62,464 nucleotides of DNA, filler included, from Pirum gemmata (GCA_002812295.1; 17 parts of 17 records of this genome joined end to end with filler, not necessarily neighbours in it), one strand, 5' to 3'; shown: positions 37,011-51,160, counted from the first letter of the whole stretch. A program made the numbers and translations. Notes: generated by a model from the letters alone, not told the origin.

Positions 37011-38120
37011 TGAGTACTAGTGTGACTTATTATAATGAGATAATAATAATAACAATAATAATAATATTAATATTAATATTAATAATAATACTAATAATAC
37101 TAATAATNNNNNNNNNNNNNNNNNNNNNNNNNNNNNNNNNNNNNNNNNNNNTTAATTAATTAANNNNNNNNNNNNNNNNNNNNNNNNNNNNNNNNNNNNN
37201 NNNNNNNTGAATATTTATTTGGAGGGTTATAATCTTTAAATTGACATTTTTTAAATCAATGCATAGATAATAAAATATACCAAATTAAATTAAATGGATT
37301 TATATTGTATTAATTTGGCACTATTTATTGTATATTTTTGATGACAAAACAACTGAAAAGCACTTTATATATATGAACCCATGGGATGGCAGGTGACCTG
37401 GGTACCTAAACTTCCTTTATTCAAAGCTCATATCTCCATTCCTATTGCTACTACGAAGATGATTATTAATTAACACACCTATATAGTATTAATACATGAC
37501 TTAATCTTTATACTTAAAATTACCATCTTCTTCATAACAACAACAGCAACCCAAACTGCACACACAACAAAATAACAAACAACAAACAAACAAACAACAA
37601 ACAAACAACAAACAAATTTAAATACCAAACAAAACACCAAAACAAACAACAAAACAAACAACAAAACAAATAACAAACAAACAACATATTAATAACAGAC
37701 AACAAAATAAACAACAATCAAACAACAATCAAACAACAAACAAGCGACCTACATCCAGCAACAAACAAGCAAATAAACAACAAATAAACAACAAACAACA
37801 AACAACAAACAAACAACAAACAACAAACAAAAAACAAACAACAAACAAAAAACAAACAACATACAACAAACTAAAAAGAACAAAGTTTGAATCATAAAAC
37901 CAAAATCAAATAATATTACTCTAATTAAAAAAGAGAATTTACTACTAAAATAAATACTAACAATGAATTGTAGATAAAAAATATATTAATAATTATTAGT
38001 AATATTAATTTAGGGTGGTTCAGAATCCATAAAAAGAAAAAAGAAATACTAATACCGGTAATTGATTATTAATATTATTCCTTAGGAACAACACAGTGGG
38101 GATTTATTAAAAAAATGATA

Positions 38121-38294
38121 TCGTGCTTTGTCATCATAAAATATACAATAAATAGTACCAAATTAATACAATATACATCCATTTAATTTAATTTCGTATA
38201 TTTTATAATCTATTTATTGATTTAAAAATGTCAATTTAAAGATTATAACCCTCCAAATAAATATTCAGAGGGACAAAATAAATGAAATGCACGA
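38121..38294. mobile_element. MITE family A (about 180 bp, TIR TCGTGCTTTTCA.TT.TTTTGTCA, TA-flanked)
   Basis: TA|tcgtgcttt...gcacga|TA. About 19 full or partial copies between 33559 and 58040. Confidence 0.9.
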
Positions 38295-38950
38295 TAAGTT
38301 GTATTTGATAAAAACAAAACAAAAAAAAAATGTTGTCGAGTTTATTACTCTTTGNGTGACTTAAACTATTTTAGGCAGTAATTAATTATTTTAAAATGAA
38401 CTTTAAAATTATGACCAAAAGTGTTTTGGGCAAAGTACGATTGGGTAACGTCCTTTATGGACGATTCCCTATTAAACTTGAGCAAGAGACATCGATAACA
38501 AAAGAAAACAAAAAATGGGAAAAAAAAAATTGCGAGAAAAAATCGGAGTGATTCAGCAAGATATAGTTTATAATACTTTTCAGTAGTTTTGTCATACAAT
38601 AAAGAATACCAAATTAATACAATATAAATCCATTTAATTTAATTTACTATATTTTATTATCTATTTATTCATTTAAAAATATCAATTTAAAGGTTATAAC
38701 CTACCAAAAAAATATGCAGAGGTGACAAAATAAATGAAAAGAGTTGAAAAGCACAATATCATAGAAAAAAGAGTCAAGCAAGAAAACCTAGTTTGGATTT
38801 AGAGCATTAGACTATAGTTTGGATTCATAAGGTCTAGCTAGTTTGGATTTAATAGGGTCTAAATTAGATTCGGAGTGGGTTAGGATGTAGTTTGTATTTG
38901 GAGTGGTCTAGTTTGGTTTGGATTCAGAAGGGTAATTGGGATTGAGAGGG

Positions 38951-39183
38951 TCTAGTTTGGATTAAAAGGGGTCTAGTTTGGATTAAGAGGGGTCTAGTTT
39001 GGATTAAGAGGGGTCTAGTTTGGATTAAAAGGGGTCTAGTTTGGATTAAGAGGGGTCTAGTTTGGATTAAGAGAGGTTTAGTTTGGATTAAGAGGGGTCT
39101 AGTTTGGATTAAGAGGGGTCTAGTTTGGATTAAGAGGGGTCTAGTTTGGGTTAAAAGGGGTCTAGTTTGGATTAAAAGGGGTC
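38951..39183 (+). repeat. 21-bp minisatellite (tctagtttggattaagagggg)n
   Basis: About 11 copies, with degenerate units extending back to about 38790. Confidence 0.95.
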
Positions 39184-39613
39184 TTGTGGAGTCACTGTAG
39201 TAGATTTCAGCTACGTTTTTCCTACAGTTAGCTCGACAATTTTGTCTGAAGAAAAATACTCTGTGGACTCTACTAAGCTAGTAGCTAGTAGACTATGATC
39301 CAAGAAAAAAGATCTAGGAAAAAAGAAAGATTCTAAGAAAAAAGATTCTCTAAAAGGGGGTGGCCTTTTTTGGTAATTTTTAAAATTCTAAAAAAACATT
39401 CTAAAAATAAAACTTTTTGATGTTGTTACACAACCAATACGCTGACATTTATTAACCTTTAACTATTGTAATTGGACGATTGTATTTCCTTTTTTATTTA
39501 TCACCTTCAATTATTGTCCAATAGAAATGTTTCAGTTTCAAAAACTCTCGTTTAGTTCAAAAACTATGATACTGGACACTAGCTAGTAGACTAGTAACTT
39601 CTCTCTCGGGGTA

Positions 39614-39795
39614 TCGTGCTTTTCATTTAGTTTGTCACTCTTAATATTTATTTGGAGGGTTATAATCTTTAAATTGGCATTTTTAAATCAATACATAGAT
39701 AATAAAATATACCAATTTAAATAAAATGAATTTATATTGTTGTAATTTGGTACTATTTATTTTATATTTTATGAAGACAACACAACTGAAAACAC
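39614..39795. mobile_element. MITE family A copy
   Basis: Full-length TA-flanked copy, opposite orientation to 38121. Confidence 0.9.
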
Positions 39796-40106
39796 TAGTT
39801 AGAGGGGGGGTTTAGACTATAGCTTCTCTAGACTAACTAGTCTAGTTAGTAGTAGCTAGGTAGTATCAGTATCCTGCTTTTCATTTATTTTATCACTTTG
39901 GTTGCTTATTTGGTACTTTTACATTTATAAATGTGGTTAGTTTAAATGATAACATAAATTACTAACCATACCAAATTGATTAAATTGTATCAAAAAGATT
40001 CTATATAGAGTTAATTTGGTACTTATTACTGTACATTTTATTATGACAAAACAACTGCAAAGTACGATATGAATCAGCTGTATGATAGCTTTGTCTACTA
40101 CACATA

Positions 40107-40252
40107 AGGAGCGCTTAAATACTACGTAACGCCAATTTCCTGTCAAATACAGCTGCAAATACCCCCTACCTACCTACCCCTCGACGTTAATTTCCAGTCA
40201 AATACCTCCTACCTACCTACCCCTTGACGTGACGTATTATTTCAACGCTCCC
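40107..40252 (+). mobile_element. MITE family D (TIR GGGAGCGTTGAAATAATACGT-like, Harbinger-like)
   Basis: ggagcgcttaaatactacgt...acgtattatttcaacgctccc with internal duplicated tacctacctacccc. Copies at about 20110-20220, 46165-46295 and 58550-58685 (-), plus an end fragment at 641-680. Confidence 0.8.
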
Positions 40253-40814
40253 ATGGTCTATACACAATGACAATTATGTATAGTGCTTTTCAATCATTTT
40301 GTCATAATAAAATATACAATAAAAAGTACCAAATTAATACAATATAAATCCTTTTAATTTAATTTGGTATATTTTATTATCTATGTATTTATTTAAAAAT
40401 GTCGATTTAAATATTATAATCCTCCAAATAAATATTCAGAGTGATAGAATATTATAATAATAATAAAACCTAGAGTAAAACACTCTCTAGCTAGAGCTAG
40501 ACTACTAAAAGAAAAAACTCGATTGCTGCAGCTATCATATGACAGCTAGACTACTAGTAGCTAGTAGCTAGCTACTAGAGCTAGCAGTGGACTCTGTAGC
40601 TATCGTGTGCTTTTTAGTTATTTTGTCGTCATAAAATAGTGCCAAATTAATACAATATAAATCCATTTTATTTAATTTGGTATATTTTATNNNNNNNNNN
40701 NNNNNNNNNNNNNNNNNNNNNNNNNNNNNNNNNNTTAATTAATTAANNNNNNNNNNNNNNNNNNNNNNNNNNNNNNNNNNNNNNNNNNNNAAAAAACAAA
40801 AGAAAAAAAGACAA

Positions 40815-40851
<37 letters not shown>

Positions 40852-42054
40852 CTGGATATGAGTTTTTGGGCAATTTTCTATATATATATAGTTCCAGTAA
40901 ATAACAATATATATGTATATATATTATATATAGTAGTAAGTACTATTATTCGATTCTTAATATTTTCAAAAAAAGACTAAGTAAAACCCATTCGATTAAT
41001 ATTTTCAGGCCAACGGGGACTGGCTATTTTATTACAATAATTTAAAATACATTTTTGTATTTATTTTATTTTGTTTTATTTTACCGCTACTAGTGTAACG
41101 GCAAGAAAGCTGATTATATAAAAAAGGAAGCCTTTTATTTGATTTTAATCTTTATAAAGGTGGGGACAGGGAAATCTTTAGGTATTGAATGATTAAAAAA
41201 ATGATTTGACAATATTTTGACAAAATGGAATTCGGGAGGTTGGGGTTTAGGGTTAAGGTTAAGAATTAGGGTTAATAAGGATAACCAATGAAGATGCTGG
41301 TGAAATTACATATCATTAAATTATTTCAAAAACTAATATGTAACGACAAGTTGTAAAAAAATGTTGATTTACAATCTAAAAATTAACTTAATTATTATTT
41401 ATAATACAATAAACTGATTTGGTTAAGTGTTTGATATTATTCTAATCTTGTACAATAAAAATATTTTCTTTTTTTTTTTCTTTTTTATTTTTTAACTGTA
41501 AAAATCTTTTGTTTTATAGACTTCTTTTCTAAAAAACTTAACGATAACTAGACAAATTATTTTTAATAATTGCCCATTGCTTCATAATTAGAGCTTTCTT
41601 AATTAGACGATTTCTAAAAAAATTGGTAGTACTTTCATTAAATTTGGAGCATTTTGAGATTTCGTTGGATTTTGAGCTCATATCTGGCTCATATGACTTT
41701 TATCGGGTTAAAAAAAAAAAAGAAAGCAATTTTATGTGCATGATTTTTGCCTATCTTTGATTGATAAATTTACAAATTCTTTATCTCACACTTCATTTAC
41801 TGTAATATCATAAAACAAGATTATTTATTTATCTGGTACTTTGAACAGCATAGTTTTCTTTTTTTTTTCAAAAGCATTGAAAACATAATAATAAATACAA
41901 AATATACCAAAATAGTTAAAAAGTATCCATCAAATAGTAATTAGGTTATTTAGAAAGTTTTAAGAACAATAATAGCCTGGAGTGAAAGTAGGATATTTTG
42001 GTAGATCATCCTTTTCTTATTTTTAACGAAAGGGTTAACACTGGGAGGTTAGCA

Positions 42055-43217
42055 AATACAAATAAATGATAATGTAATTTGTATGTACCATCTACATTGG
42101 TGGTAGTTTTTAGGCGAGTCTGTGTGCAACACCACTTCCTTGTTCTCTTAAAAACCATTCCCGACTTTCTTGTACAAATAAATGATAATGTACTTTATAT
42201 ATATGTTATCTACATTGGTGGTAGTTTTTAGGCAAGTTTGCGTGTAACACCATTTCCTTGTTCTATTAAAAAAAAAAAACCATTCCCAAATTTCTCGTAC
42301 AAATAAATGATTATGTACTTTATATATTATATATATATAAATTATCTACATTAGTGGTAGTCTTTTGGTGAGTTTTTTTGCAACACCACTTCCTTGTTCT
42401 CTTAAAACCATTCCCGACTTTCTCGTACAAATAAATGATAATATGATAATGTACTCTTTATATATCAAGCTAGCGTAGTGGTTGTCACCAGGTTAAACAA
42501 AAGAAGGCTTCGAGGTCCTACTAGTAAAAAATCTGAAGATGGAAAAATCTGAAATGGAGTTGAATCTAGAAGGGAATTTTTGTCAACTAAGACATCTAGA
42601 TTGGTATTTTAAACTCTTTAATCGTCATCTGGATAAACTTTTTTTTTGAGCAAAATAAAGGATAAAAAAAAATATCGATTCAAACGATGGTTTTAAAGTC
42701 TAAAAATACCAATCTAGATGTCTTAGTTGACAAGAATATCCTTCAGATTCAAAACGATGGTTTTAAAGTCTAAAAATACCAATCTAGATGTCTTAGTTGA
42801 CAAAAATATCCTTCTAGACTGACTCATTCTAGATTCAATTCCATCTTCAGATTTTTTATTGGTACTCCCACTACAATCCCTGAATTGGATGCAGAGTAAC
42901 TTGATGTCCCCGAACCCAAGCCAAACACATACACATACTAATTACATAAAATCTACATTAGTGGTAGTTTTTAGGCGAGTTTGTGTGCAAAACCACTACC
43001 TTGTTCTCTTAAAACCATTCCCGGCTTTCTCATACAAATAAATGACAATATACTTTGCACAGTATTTATATTGGTGGTAGTTTTTAGGCGAGTTTGTTTT
43101 TTCTTTCTCGTTCAAATAACTGATAATGCACTTTATATATATTATCTACATTGGTGGCAGTTTTTAGGCGAGTTTTTGTGAAACAACACTTTCTTGTTCT
43201 CTTAACCATTCCCGACT
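42055..43217 (+). repeat. About 120-bp tandem satellite (about 6 units) interrupted at about 42465-42950
   Basis: Unit tacaaataaatgataatgtac...tctacattggtggtagtttttaggcgagt...aaccattcccgactttctcg. Confidence 0.85.
42515..42869. mobile_element. Foldback family F copy inside the satellite
   Basis: Termini aaaaaatctgaagatggaa / ttccatcttcagattttttattggtactccc. One arm is internally duplicated. Confidence 0.8.
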
Positions 43218-43444
43218 ACGTAGATCAGCTTGTCTGACCGGTTCTGGGATTCTAAAATTTGAACATCTTTTTATAATTTCAATAGCACTTTCTAACGAAA
43301 TTCGGTGCCCTATTTAAAGTTTAGTATTGTTGATATCGATATTGTGTTCTGAATGTTTTACTTATGATACAAAATGTACTGAGTATTTTTTGTAACAATA
43401 ATGATATAATGATAATAAAGAATATAATAATGACAATAATAACA

Positions 43445-43507
<63 letters not shown>

Positions 43508-43629
43508 AGTAACATTCAAAAGCGACAAACCTTAGTTTCTTTATAGTTTTATTTTCTCTCAACATATTGAAAAATATTGAAAAATCCGAATTCGTGTCAG
43601 CATAATAAAAATATTCGTCATCTTTGATA
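43164..43629 (-). CDS. Two putative terminal exons (43629-43514, 43309-43164) of an LRR-like hypothetical gene
   Basis: A GT-AG intron of 204 nt with a tactaaac branch-like site joins ...MLRENKTIKKLRFVAFEW|HRISLESAIEIIKRC... in frame. Confidence 0.45.
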
Positions 43630-44149
43630 CTGTAATATATATATATATATATGACCATAAAGTTGGTTATTTGTTGCATTTGGTGTATTGATGTATTTTA
43701 TAGTTGTATTGTTGTATTGTGGTATTGTCGTATGATTGTTAGGTTATATTGTTGTATTGTGGTATTGTTATACTGTTCTATTGTGCTACTATGTTATTGT
43801 AGCTACTGTTATATTGTTATACGGTTGTATTGTTCTATTGCTGTATAATTGCATAGTTGTGTTGCATTGTTGTATTGCTGTATTAGTGTATTGTTCGATT
43901 GTTGTACTGTTGCAGTGTTGTATTGTTATATTGTTGGTTATTGGTTGTACTTGGTGTATTGCTATTTTGTTTTATTGTTTTATTGTTGTATTGTAGTATT
44001 GTTATATGTTTGTTAGGTTGTATTGTTGTATTATGGTATTGTTATGCTGTTCTATTGAGCTACTATGTTTTATATTATTGTTATTGTCATTGCTATTGTT
44101 ATATTGCTATATATTTGTATTGTTATATTGTATAGTTGTATAGTTGTGT

Positions 44150-44340
44150 TTGATTGTTTGATTGTTGTATTGTTGTATTGTTGTATTGTTGTATTGTTGC
44201 ATTGTTGCATTGTTGTATTGTTGTATTGTTGTATTGTTGTATTGTTGTATTATTGTATTATTGTATTATTGTATTGTTGTATTGTTGTATTGTTGTATTG
44301 TTGTATTGTTGTATTGTTGTATTGTTGTATTATTGTATTA
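44150..44340 (+). repeat. (TATTGTTG)n octamer microsatellite, degenerate from about 43670
   Basis: Seen directly in the sequence. Confidence 0.9.
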
Positions 44341-44974
44341 NNNNNNNNNNNNNNNNNNNNNNNNNNNNNNNNNNNNNNNNNNNNTTAATTAATTAANNNN
44401 NNNNNNNNNNNNNNNNNNNNNNNNNNNNNNNNNNNNNNNNTAATAATAATAATAATAATGTTCTTTAGAAAGCTGCGGATTGAAAAAGTATTGAAAAAGG
44501 AAAAAGTTTTTGTTTTACGAGATTTAAACTAGTGAGAAAATTCGCCTTTTTCCTGTAATATTCATTCGGTATTGATTTGTGTTATAATACCCCCTCCCCA
44601 TCACCCGCATGATTTCAAAGCATATATCAATATACATACAACGGTATAATATTTTTGATGTAATATTTTTTTACATTTCATTTTCATTTAGAAAGTTTTC
44701 TGGGCTGAATAATAATAATAATAATAATAATATTCCTTTTAATTAATTAATGTTAATATTTTAGCGTGTATACTTGAGTTATCCTTTCTTTTAAATCCGC
44801 TGAGAAAAAAATTATCAGTGACTGGTGATTATATATTTTTTTATTATATTTTTTTATGAAAATATTAATATTAATTGTTTTTACTTTATCTCTTTCTTTA
44901 GTTGTCCTTTATACTCGTAGTTTTGATTCCCCTTTTGCATCTTTTCATTTTTAAAAAATGTATTTGCGATAAAA

Positions 44975-45110
44975 ACCCTAACCCTAACCCTAACCCTAAT
45001 TATAACCCTAACCCATAATCTTAACCCTAACCCTAACCCTAACCTAGCCCTAAACCCTAAACCCTAACCCTAACCCTAACCCTAACCCTATGATAAAACC
45101 TAACTAACCC
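44975..45110 (-). repeat. Interstitial (CCCTAA)n tract
   Basis: Seen directly. An opposite-orientation TTAGGG tract lies at about 45415-45450. Confidence 0.9.
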
Positions 45111-47871
45111 TTAGCCTAGCTAGTATTACTAGTATCACTCCTAGCTAGTAGCTATCATCGATAGTATCATAGCTCTAACTATCGATAATATCGATATTAA
45201 TATCATATCGATAGCTATATTATCTGATATAGTACTAGTCTATAGTTAAAAATTTTAATTTAAAAATAAAATCGATAGTATCATAGCTCTAACTATCGAT
45301 AATATCATATCGATAGCTATATTATCTGATATAATCATATAGTGGGGGGGGTACTACTAGCTAGCTAGCAAGTTATCATAGCTATATATATATATATAGT
45401 TCTAACTTCGGGATAGGTTAGGGATAATGGTTAGGGTTAGGGTAAGGGCTAGCTAGAGCGGCCCATCCCCGGACCCCAGTACACCCCATTCCTACAGTAC
45501 CCCATTCTATGGTACTCATCAAATCTATCATAACCTTTTGTTTTCAATCTGACACTTTATTATCGATTGACGTAAATCGTAATTAGAGTCACCAGGCTCT
45601 AGACTACTAGTAGACTAGTAGTACTATCGATAGCAATATTTGCAACAAGCGACAACTAACCCTAACCCTAATCAGACAACAGTGCGACAACCCAACCCTA
45701 ACCCTACGCCCGCGCGCTTAGAGTGTCGGTAATATTTTTATAAATAATTTATTCATGCAATATTATTATGATATAATATATTATTAATATTAATATATTA
45801 TTATATATTCGGTAATAATATTTCACAGTACTAAGTATCATACTAAAACTGTACTGAGTTAGCAATGAATTATATATTATATATATAGCTTTTAATTAAT
45901 TCTCACTACTACTATTTAATACCCTATTAGTTATTAATTAGACTATCAATATCAATGTAATATTATAGACCATCGTGTTTTTCAGTTATTTTGTCGTCAT
46001 AAAATATACAATTTATTTATTTAAAAGTATCAATTTAAATATGATAAACAACCAAATAAATATTCGGAGTGTCAAAATAAGTGAAAAGCACAATATTTGC
46101 CTCGATATTTGCCTTGCTTCTCTGTAGCTATATATCGTAGATATTATCTACTTATAATACTATACGGATGTAACGCCAATTTCCGGTCAAATACGGCTTC
46201 AAATACCCGCCTCTACCTACCCCTCGACGATAATTTCCGGTTAAATACCACTTACTTACCTACCCCATGACGTGACGTATTATTTGAAGACACCCTATTA
46301 TTAGTATAGGATTGAAAGACCCATATTTATCGTATTATCGGATATGATACCTATTATCATGTATTGTATACTTATTGTATCAATACTATAATAATTATTA
46401 CATTACACATTACCTCATCAATATCGGATAACATCTATAGATAGATATATATCAATTTGATGTAGAGTTGATATAGACGAGGGGTGTGGTCTATACAAAA
46501 TTGTACTGTGGATTTTGTTTTTGGAATATTAGGCCTGACCTTGTGGAAGTCTGCCCTCATCAAAGAACACTCAAAGAACCCATAGACTATCATAATTATT
46601 TATATATATCACCATAAGAAGACAGAATTCCCAATATATCTATTAATGTAAGCATTATAACCGGCTCAAAAACTGAATTAAAAGCTTACCAAAATATAAT
46701 TAATTGGTCATGTTTTAATTAATTTGATATTTTATATAGTAATTTTATATTTATAAAAAAGTTCAATTATACAATTGAACAGTACCAAATTAAAGATAGA
46801 AAGGACAACTGTAATGAAATAGACGATAGAGCTATAGTACTTCTATGATAGAGCGAAAAGGTATCATATAGTTCAAGTTGTATCATGTTATTATTATGAT
46901 AATAATATAATAATTATATTATCATTATATAGTTTTTTATATAAATAAATCAACAATGTGATAAAATGTACTTAAAAATAGTCTTTATGATTTTAAAATA
47001 ATTTTTATATTAGATAAAAACGTTTTAGGCTCTAACATTATTTTATGGCATTGTAATAAAAGTATCTAATAAAAAGTGTAAAAAATTAACTAAAAATTAT
47101 ATAGACTAATAATATTTTTTAATTAAAAATTATAGACTCTATAAACTCACGAGTGTAAGTTTAAATTTGTGTAACGGAGTGTTATCGATATATATTTATT
47201 TATTTACCATTAGGACGTCACCTAATCTTACCTATGTCTCTTTGTCCAAAACACTTTTGGTCATAAATTTAAAGTTCATTTTAATAATTAATTACTGCCT
47301 AAAACAGTTTAAGTCACACTTTCGAGCAATGACTTCTATCAAAGAATAAGTAACGTTCTTTATATTATATGAATGTTCCCTTATCATAATATAATATTAA
47401 AATATATCTAAAAAACTAAAAATTTATTTATATTATATTAATATCATATAACGTTATAATAACATTTTATCGACTAGACCAGGTCTATTTCATCATAGTT
47501 GTCTCAATCTTTAAAATTTGGTACTGTTTAAAATTAAGTGTATAATATATATAGTAACATTAAGTATATAAAATCAAATTAATTAAAACATGTCTGATAG
47601 TTTAACCATAATAATAATTTGGTATTAATACGCGTATACGTTAGTTAACGTATACGATATCGATAGTATATCGATAGTTATTAATATAACTTTAAATTTA
47701 TTTGTAAATAATAGACTAATATAATAATATTATGCTCTGCTCTCCATTAGTAGTAGTCTGTTATAATGTGTCGACATTAATATTATGAAAAATCCAACAA
47801 ATAATTAACTTATACCAATGTATTATGAAACAAAGCAAAAAATTGCAACTTAACTTATTATTATTATATAA

Positions 47872-47905
<34 letters not shown>

Positions 47906-48424
47906 TATTATTATAGATATTATTATACGATATATAACTAACCCACTGCTCCTCCTTTTGTTTTATTTANNNNNNNNNNNNNNNNNNNNNNNNNNNNNNN
48001 NNNNNNNNNNNNNTTAATTAATTAANNNNNNNNNNNNNNNNNNNNNNNNNNNNNNNNNNNNNNNNNNNNTGTAAAAAAAAAAATCACCTTCATCTAGGTC
48101 TAAAAAAATTACATTACGTGTGAAAAAGGTTTATCTGAAAAAAATAGTCTTATGAATTTTTGATCAACCACGACGTCCATTTGAGCTATAGCCATTTGAG
48201 TATACTGTATGAGCCTGAAAGATAAGAGAACGAAAAATCTATTTTGCCCTGATTTAATATAATATACATGCTCTTTAATTATATGGATAGAACGGCCAAA
48301 TTTAAATAAAAAGGCGCAAAGTAATGGTAGTTTTTGTAATTTCTGATAAGGCTATTGGCTCTGCGATTGGGCAAACATCTCGCATAACTATCGAGTCGAG
48401 CCAGGGCTGTTCTCAGATTGTGAT

Positions 48425-49810
48425 TGATATAGCAAATAACATCAAATTAGTAAAGTTGGTTACCGTATTTAGACAACTATAACACCAAATTAGTATTAAA
48501 ATGATCAATAAATCAGATTAAGAATATTTATAAGAGTGATCGTTTTATTACTTAATTATTTAGTAAAAACCCCAAAAAATAAAATGGTAAATGGTAAATA
48601 GACAACAAAATCCTACCAGAATGAAGTAATTGATAACAATTCATATAGATAGTTTAAAATACCAAATTAGTGCAGTTTATTACCACCTTTAGACAATTAT
48701 AAACATCAAATTAGTACTAAGGATATAAGCGAATGTTTTACTGGTATGATTATTTTATTACTTTATTATTTATTATAAACTCCAAAAAAAATTTAAAAAA
48801 AAGTATATAGTTTATATAGCAAATAACATCAAATTAGCACAGTTGATTACCATATTTATACAACTATAACACCAAATTAGTATTAAAATGATCAATAAAT
48901 TAGATTTTTTAAGAATATTTATAAGAGAATGTTTTACTTATATGATCGCTTTATTACTTCGTAATTAATAAATGGTAAATAGACAACAAAATCTTAAAAC
49001 CAAAATGAACTAATTTATAATATGATATGGATAGTTTAAAATACCAAAGTTAGCACCAGGAGATACGGGAAACATAATCGAATCAAACAGCTCAATCCTG
49101 ATTATTAAAAAGTGACAATTTTGAAATGATATTCTTTTTTTTTCGAGTTTCAAGTTTTTCATAAAATTTCCTAAGAATTTTTTTAAAAGAATAATTTTAA
49201 TGAAATCAAAAGTGAGTCAATACTTAAAATAAGATCGAAAAAATTGGAAAATTTCGAGCTAGTGTCGATTCGATGGTTTTTTCCACATCTCCCAGTTGAT
49301 TACCATAGTTAGACAACTATAAAACTATAAATTAGATTTTAAGAATATAAGAGAATATTACTAATATGATCATGTTATTACTTTATTTGGTGATAAACCC
49401 CTCCCAAAAAATTAAAAAAAAGTTTTAAAAGTATCATTGAATATGTCGTTATGGTAAATGGACAATAAAATCCTACCAAAATGAACTAATTTATAATAAT
49501 TGATATGGATAGTTAAAATGCCAAATTAATAAAGTTTATTACCATATTTAGACAACTATAACACCAAATTAGTATTATAATAATCTCGAAATCAGATTAG
49601 GAATATAATAATTGATATAGGATAGTTTAAAATACCAAATTAGTACAGTTGATACCATATTTAGAAAACTTAACACCAAATTAGTAGTAAAATGATCAAT
49701 AAAAACTTCAATAAATTAGATTTTTCAAAATTTTTTAATAAGAGTATGTGAAGTATGTGAACTGTATGTGAACATACTATGAGTCTATGAACATGTTATT
49801 ACTTTTATTA
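48425..49810 (+). repeat. Diverged AT-rich tandem satellite (unit about 180-250 bp)
   Basis: Recurring ccaaattag..agttgattaccatatttagacaactataacaccaaattagtatt and ggtaaatagacaacaaaatcc. Confidence 0.8.
49059..49292 (+). mobile_element. MITE family G inserted in the satellite
   Basis: Splits ttagcac|agttgattaccata (empty site at about 48834-48855). Flanked by CA/CA. Confidence 0.8.
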
Positions 49811-49951
49811 TTTATACCATAGACTACGGTATAATAATAAAAAACCCCAAAAAATTATTAATAAAAAAAAAATGAACTTGTCTAGCTAGTCTATGATATG
49901 AAATCTAACTATCATAGAATAGTCAGTCTTAGACTAATAGAGCTACTAGTA

Positions 49952-50131
49952 GTGCTTTTCAGTTTTGTCATCATAAAGTATACAATAAATAGCACCAAAT
50001 TAATATAATATAAATCCATTTAATTTAATTTGGTATATTTTATTATCTATATATTGATTCAAAAATGTCAATTTAAAGATTATACCCCTCCAAATAAATA
50101 TTCAGAGTGACAAAATAAATGAAAAGCACGA
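49952..50131. mobile_element. MITE family A copy
   Basis: TA|gtgcttttcag...tgaaaagcacga|TA. Confidence 0.9.
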
Positions 50132-50520
50132 TATTAATTATGCAGCATATATAACAAAATCCTATTATACCAAAATGAACAATAAAGTAATATTAAATGT
50201 AATACAAGTGTGAACAATAAAGTAGTATTAAATGTAATACAAGTGTAAATGACTATAAAAAGTCGATGGAGAATAATTATAATGAAGAAAGGATGTGGGA
50301 ATATCTTGCTACAAATGGTAAAGATACTGAACAATGTATACGTATTAATATTAATACATGTAATATTAATACATCATCGTCATCGTCATCATCAGATGCT
50401 TCTGCATCTACTACAGATCATCAACAACAACTTTGGCAACAGTATCAAATAATTCAAAAAAGTGTATTAATACAGAAACAATATATTTAATTTTAAAATA
50501 TACACGTCCTGATAAGGAGT

Positions 50521-50600
50521 TTAGGGTTAGGGTTAGGGTTAGGGTTAGGGTTAGGGTTAGGGTTAGGGTTAGGGTTAGGGTTAGGGTTAGGGTTAGGGTT
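50521..50600 (+). repeat. Perfect interstitial (TTAGGG)13 tract
   Basis: Sharp boundaries within unique sequence. Confidence 0.95.
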
Positions 50601-51160
50601 AAACCATACAATTTTAATAACGGGAGATCAAACGAAAAGAATTGAAAGAACTGACAGATGGATATTAATTAATTAATAATGCCTATAATAACATTTATAT
50701 TGAAACACAATATAATAATGCTTATTTTGTTAAAACGAGGATTGATAACAATATTCTTTACGAAAAAGAAGCAATCAAGCTATAGTAGGTAGTGTAGTTG
50801 TTGTCCTCATCAACTTTAATAACATAATAATATTATAACCAAGAATCCCAGGAAAAAAATACCCTAGCTATAGACTAACCCACATCCTAACTAACCCCTC
50901 AGTCTAATCCCCCCTGTAAGACTGGCTCTCGTAGAGTACTGCTGGAGCTACTAGCTAGCTAGCTAGCTAGCTATCATAGTAGTATCGTGATACCATATAA
51001 ATGGTAAGTAGTAGCTATCATAGTAGAAAATGCCTAGCTAAAGTCTAGCTAAGTTAGCTAAGCTAGCTAGAGAGTAAGTACAACTGTAAAAAAACTACAA
51101 AAAATTCCTCATCCATGATTTCTTATTTTTTTTTATTTTTATTTTTATTTTTTTTTTTTT

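Noticed and set aside
38951..39183. CRISPR-like array (also 17011-17183 and 34925-35080)
   Set aside because: Tandem units without unique spacers, no cas genes, eukaryotic context.
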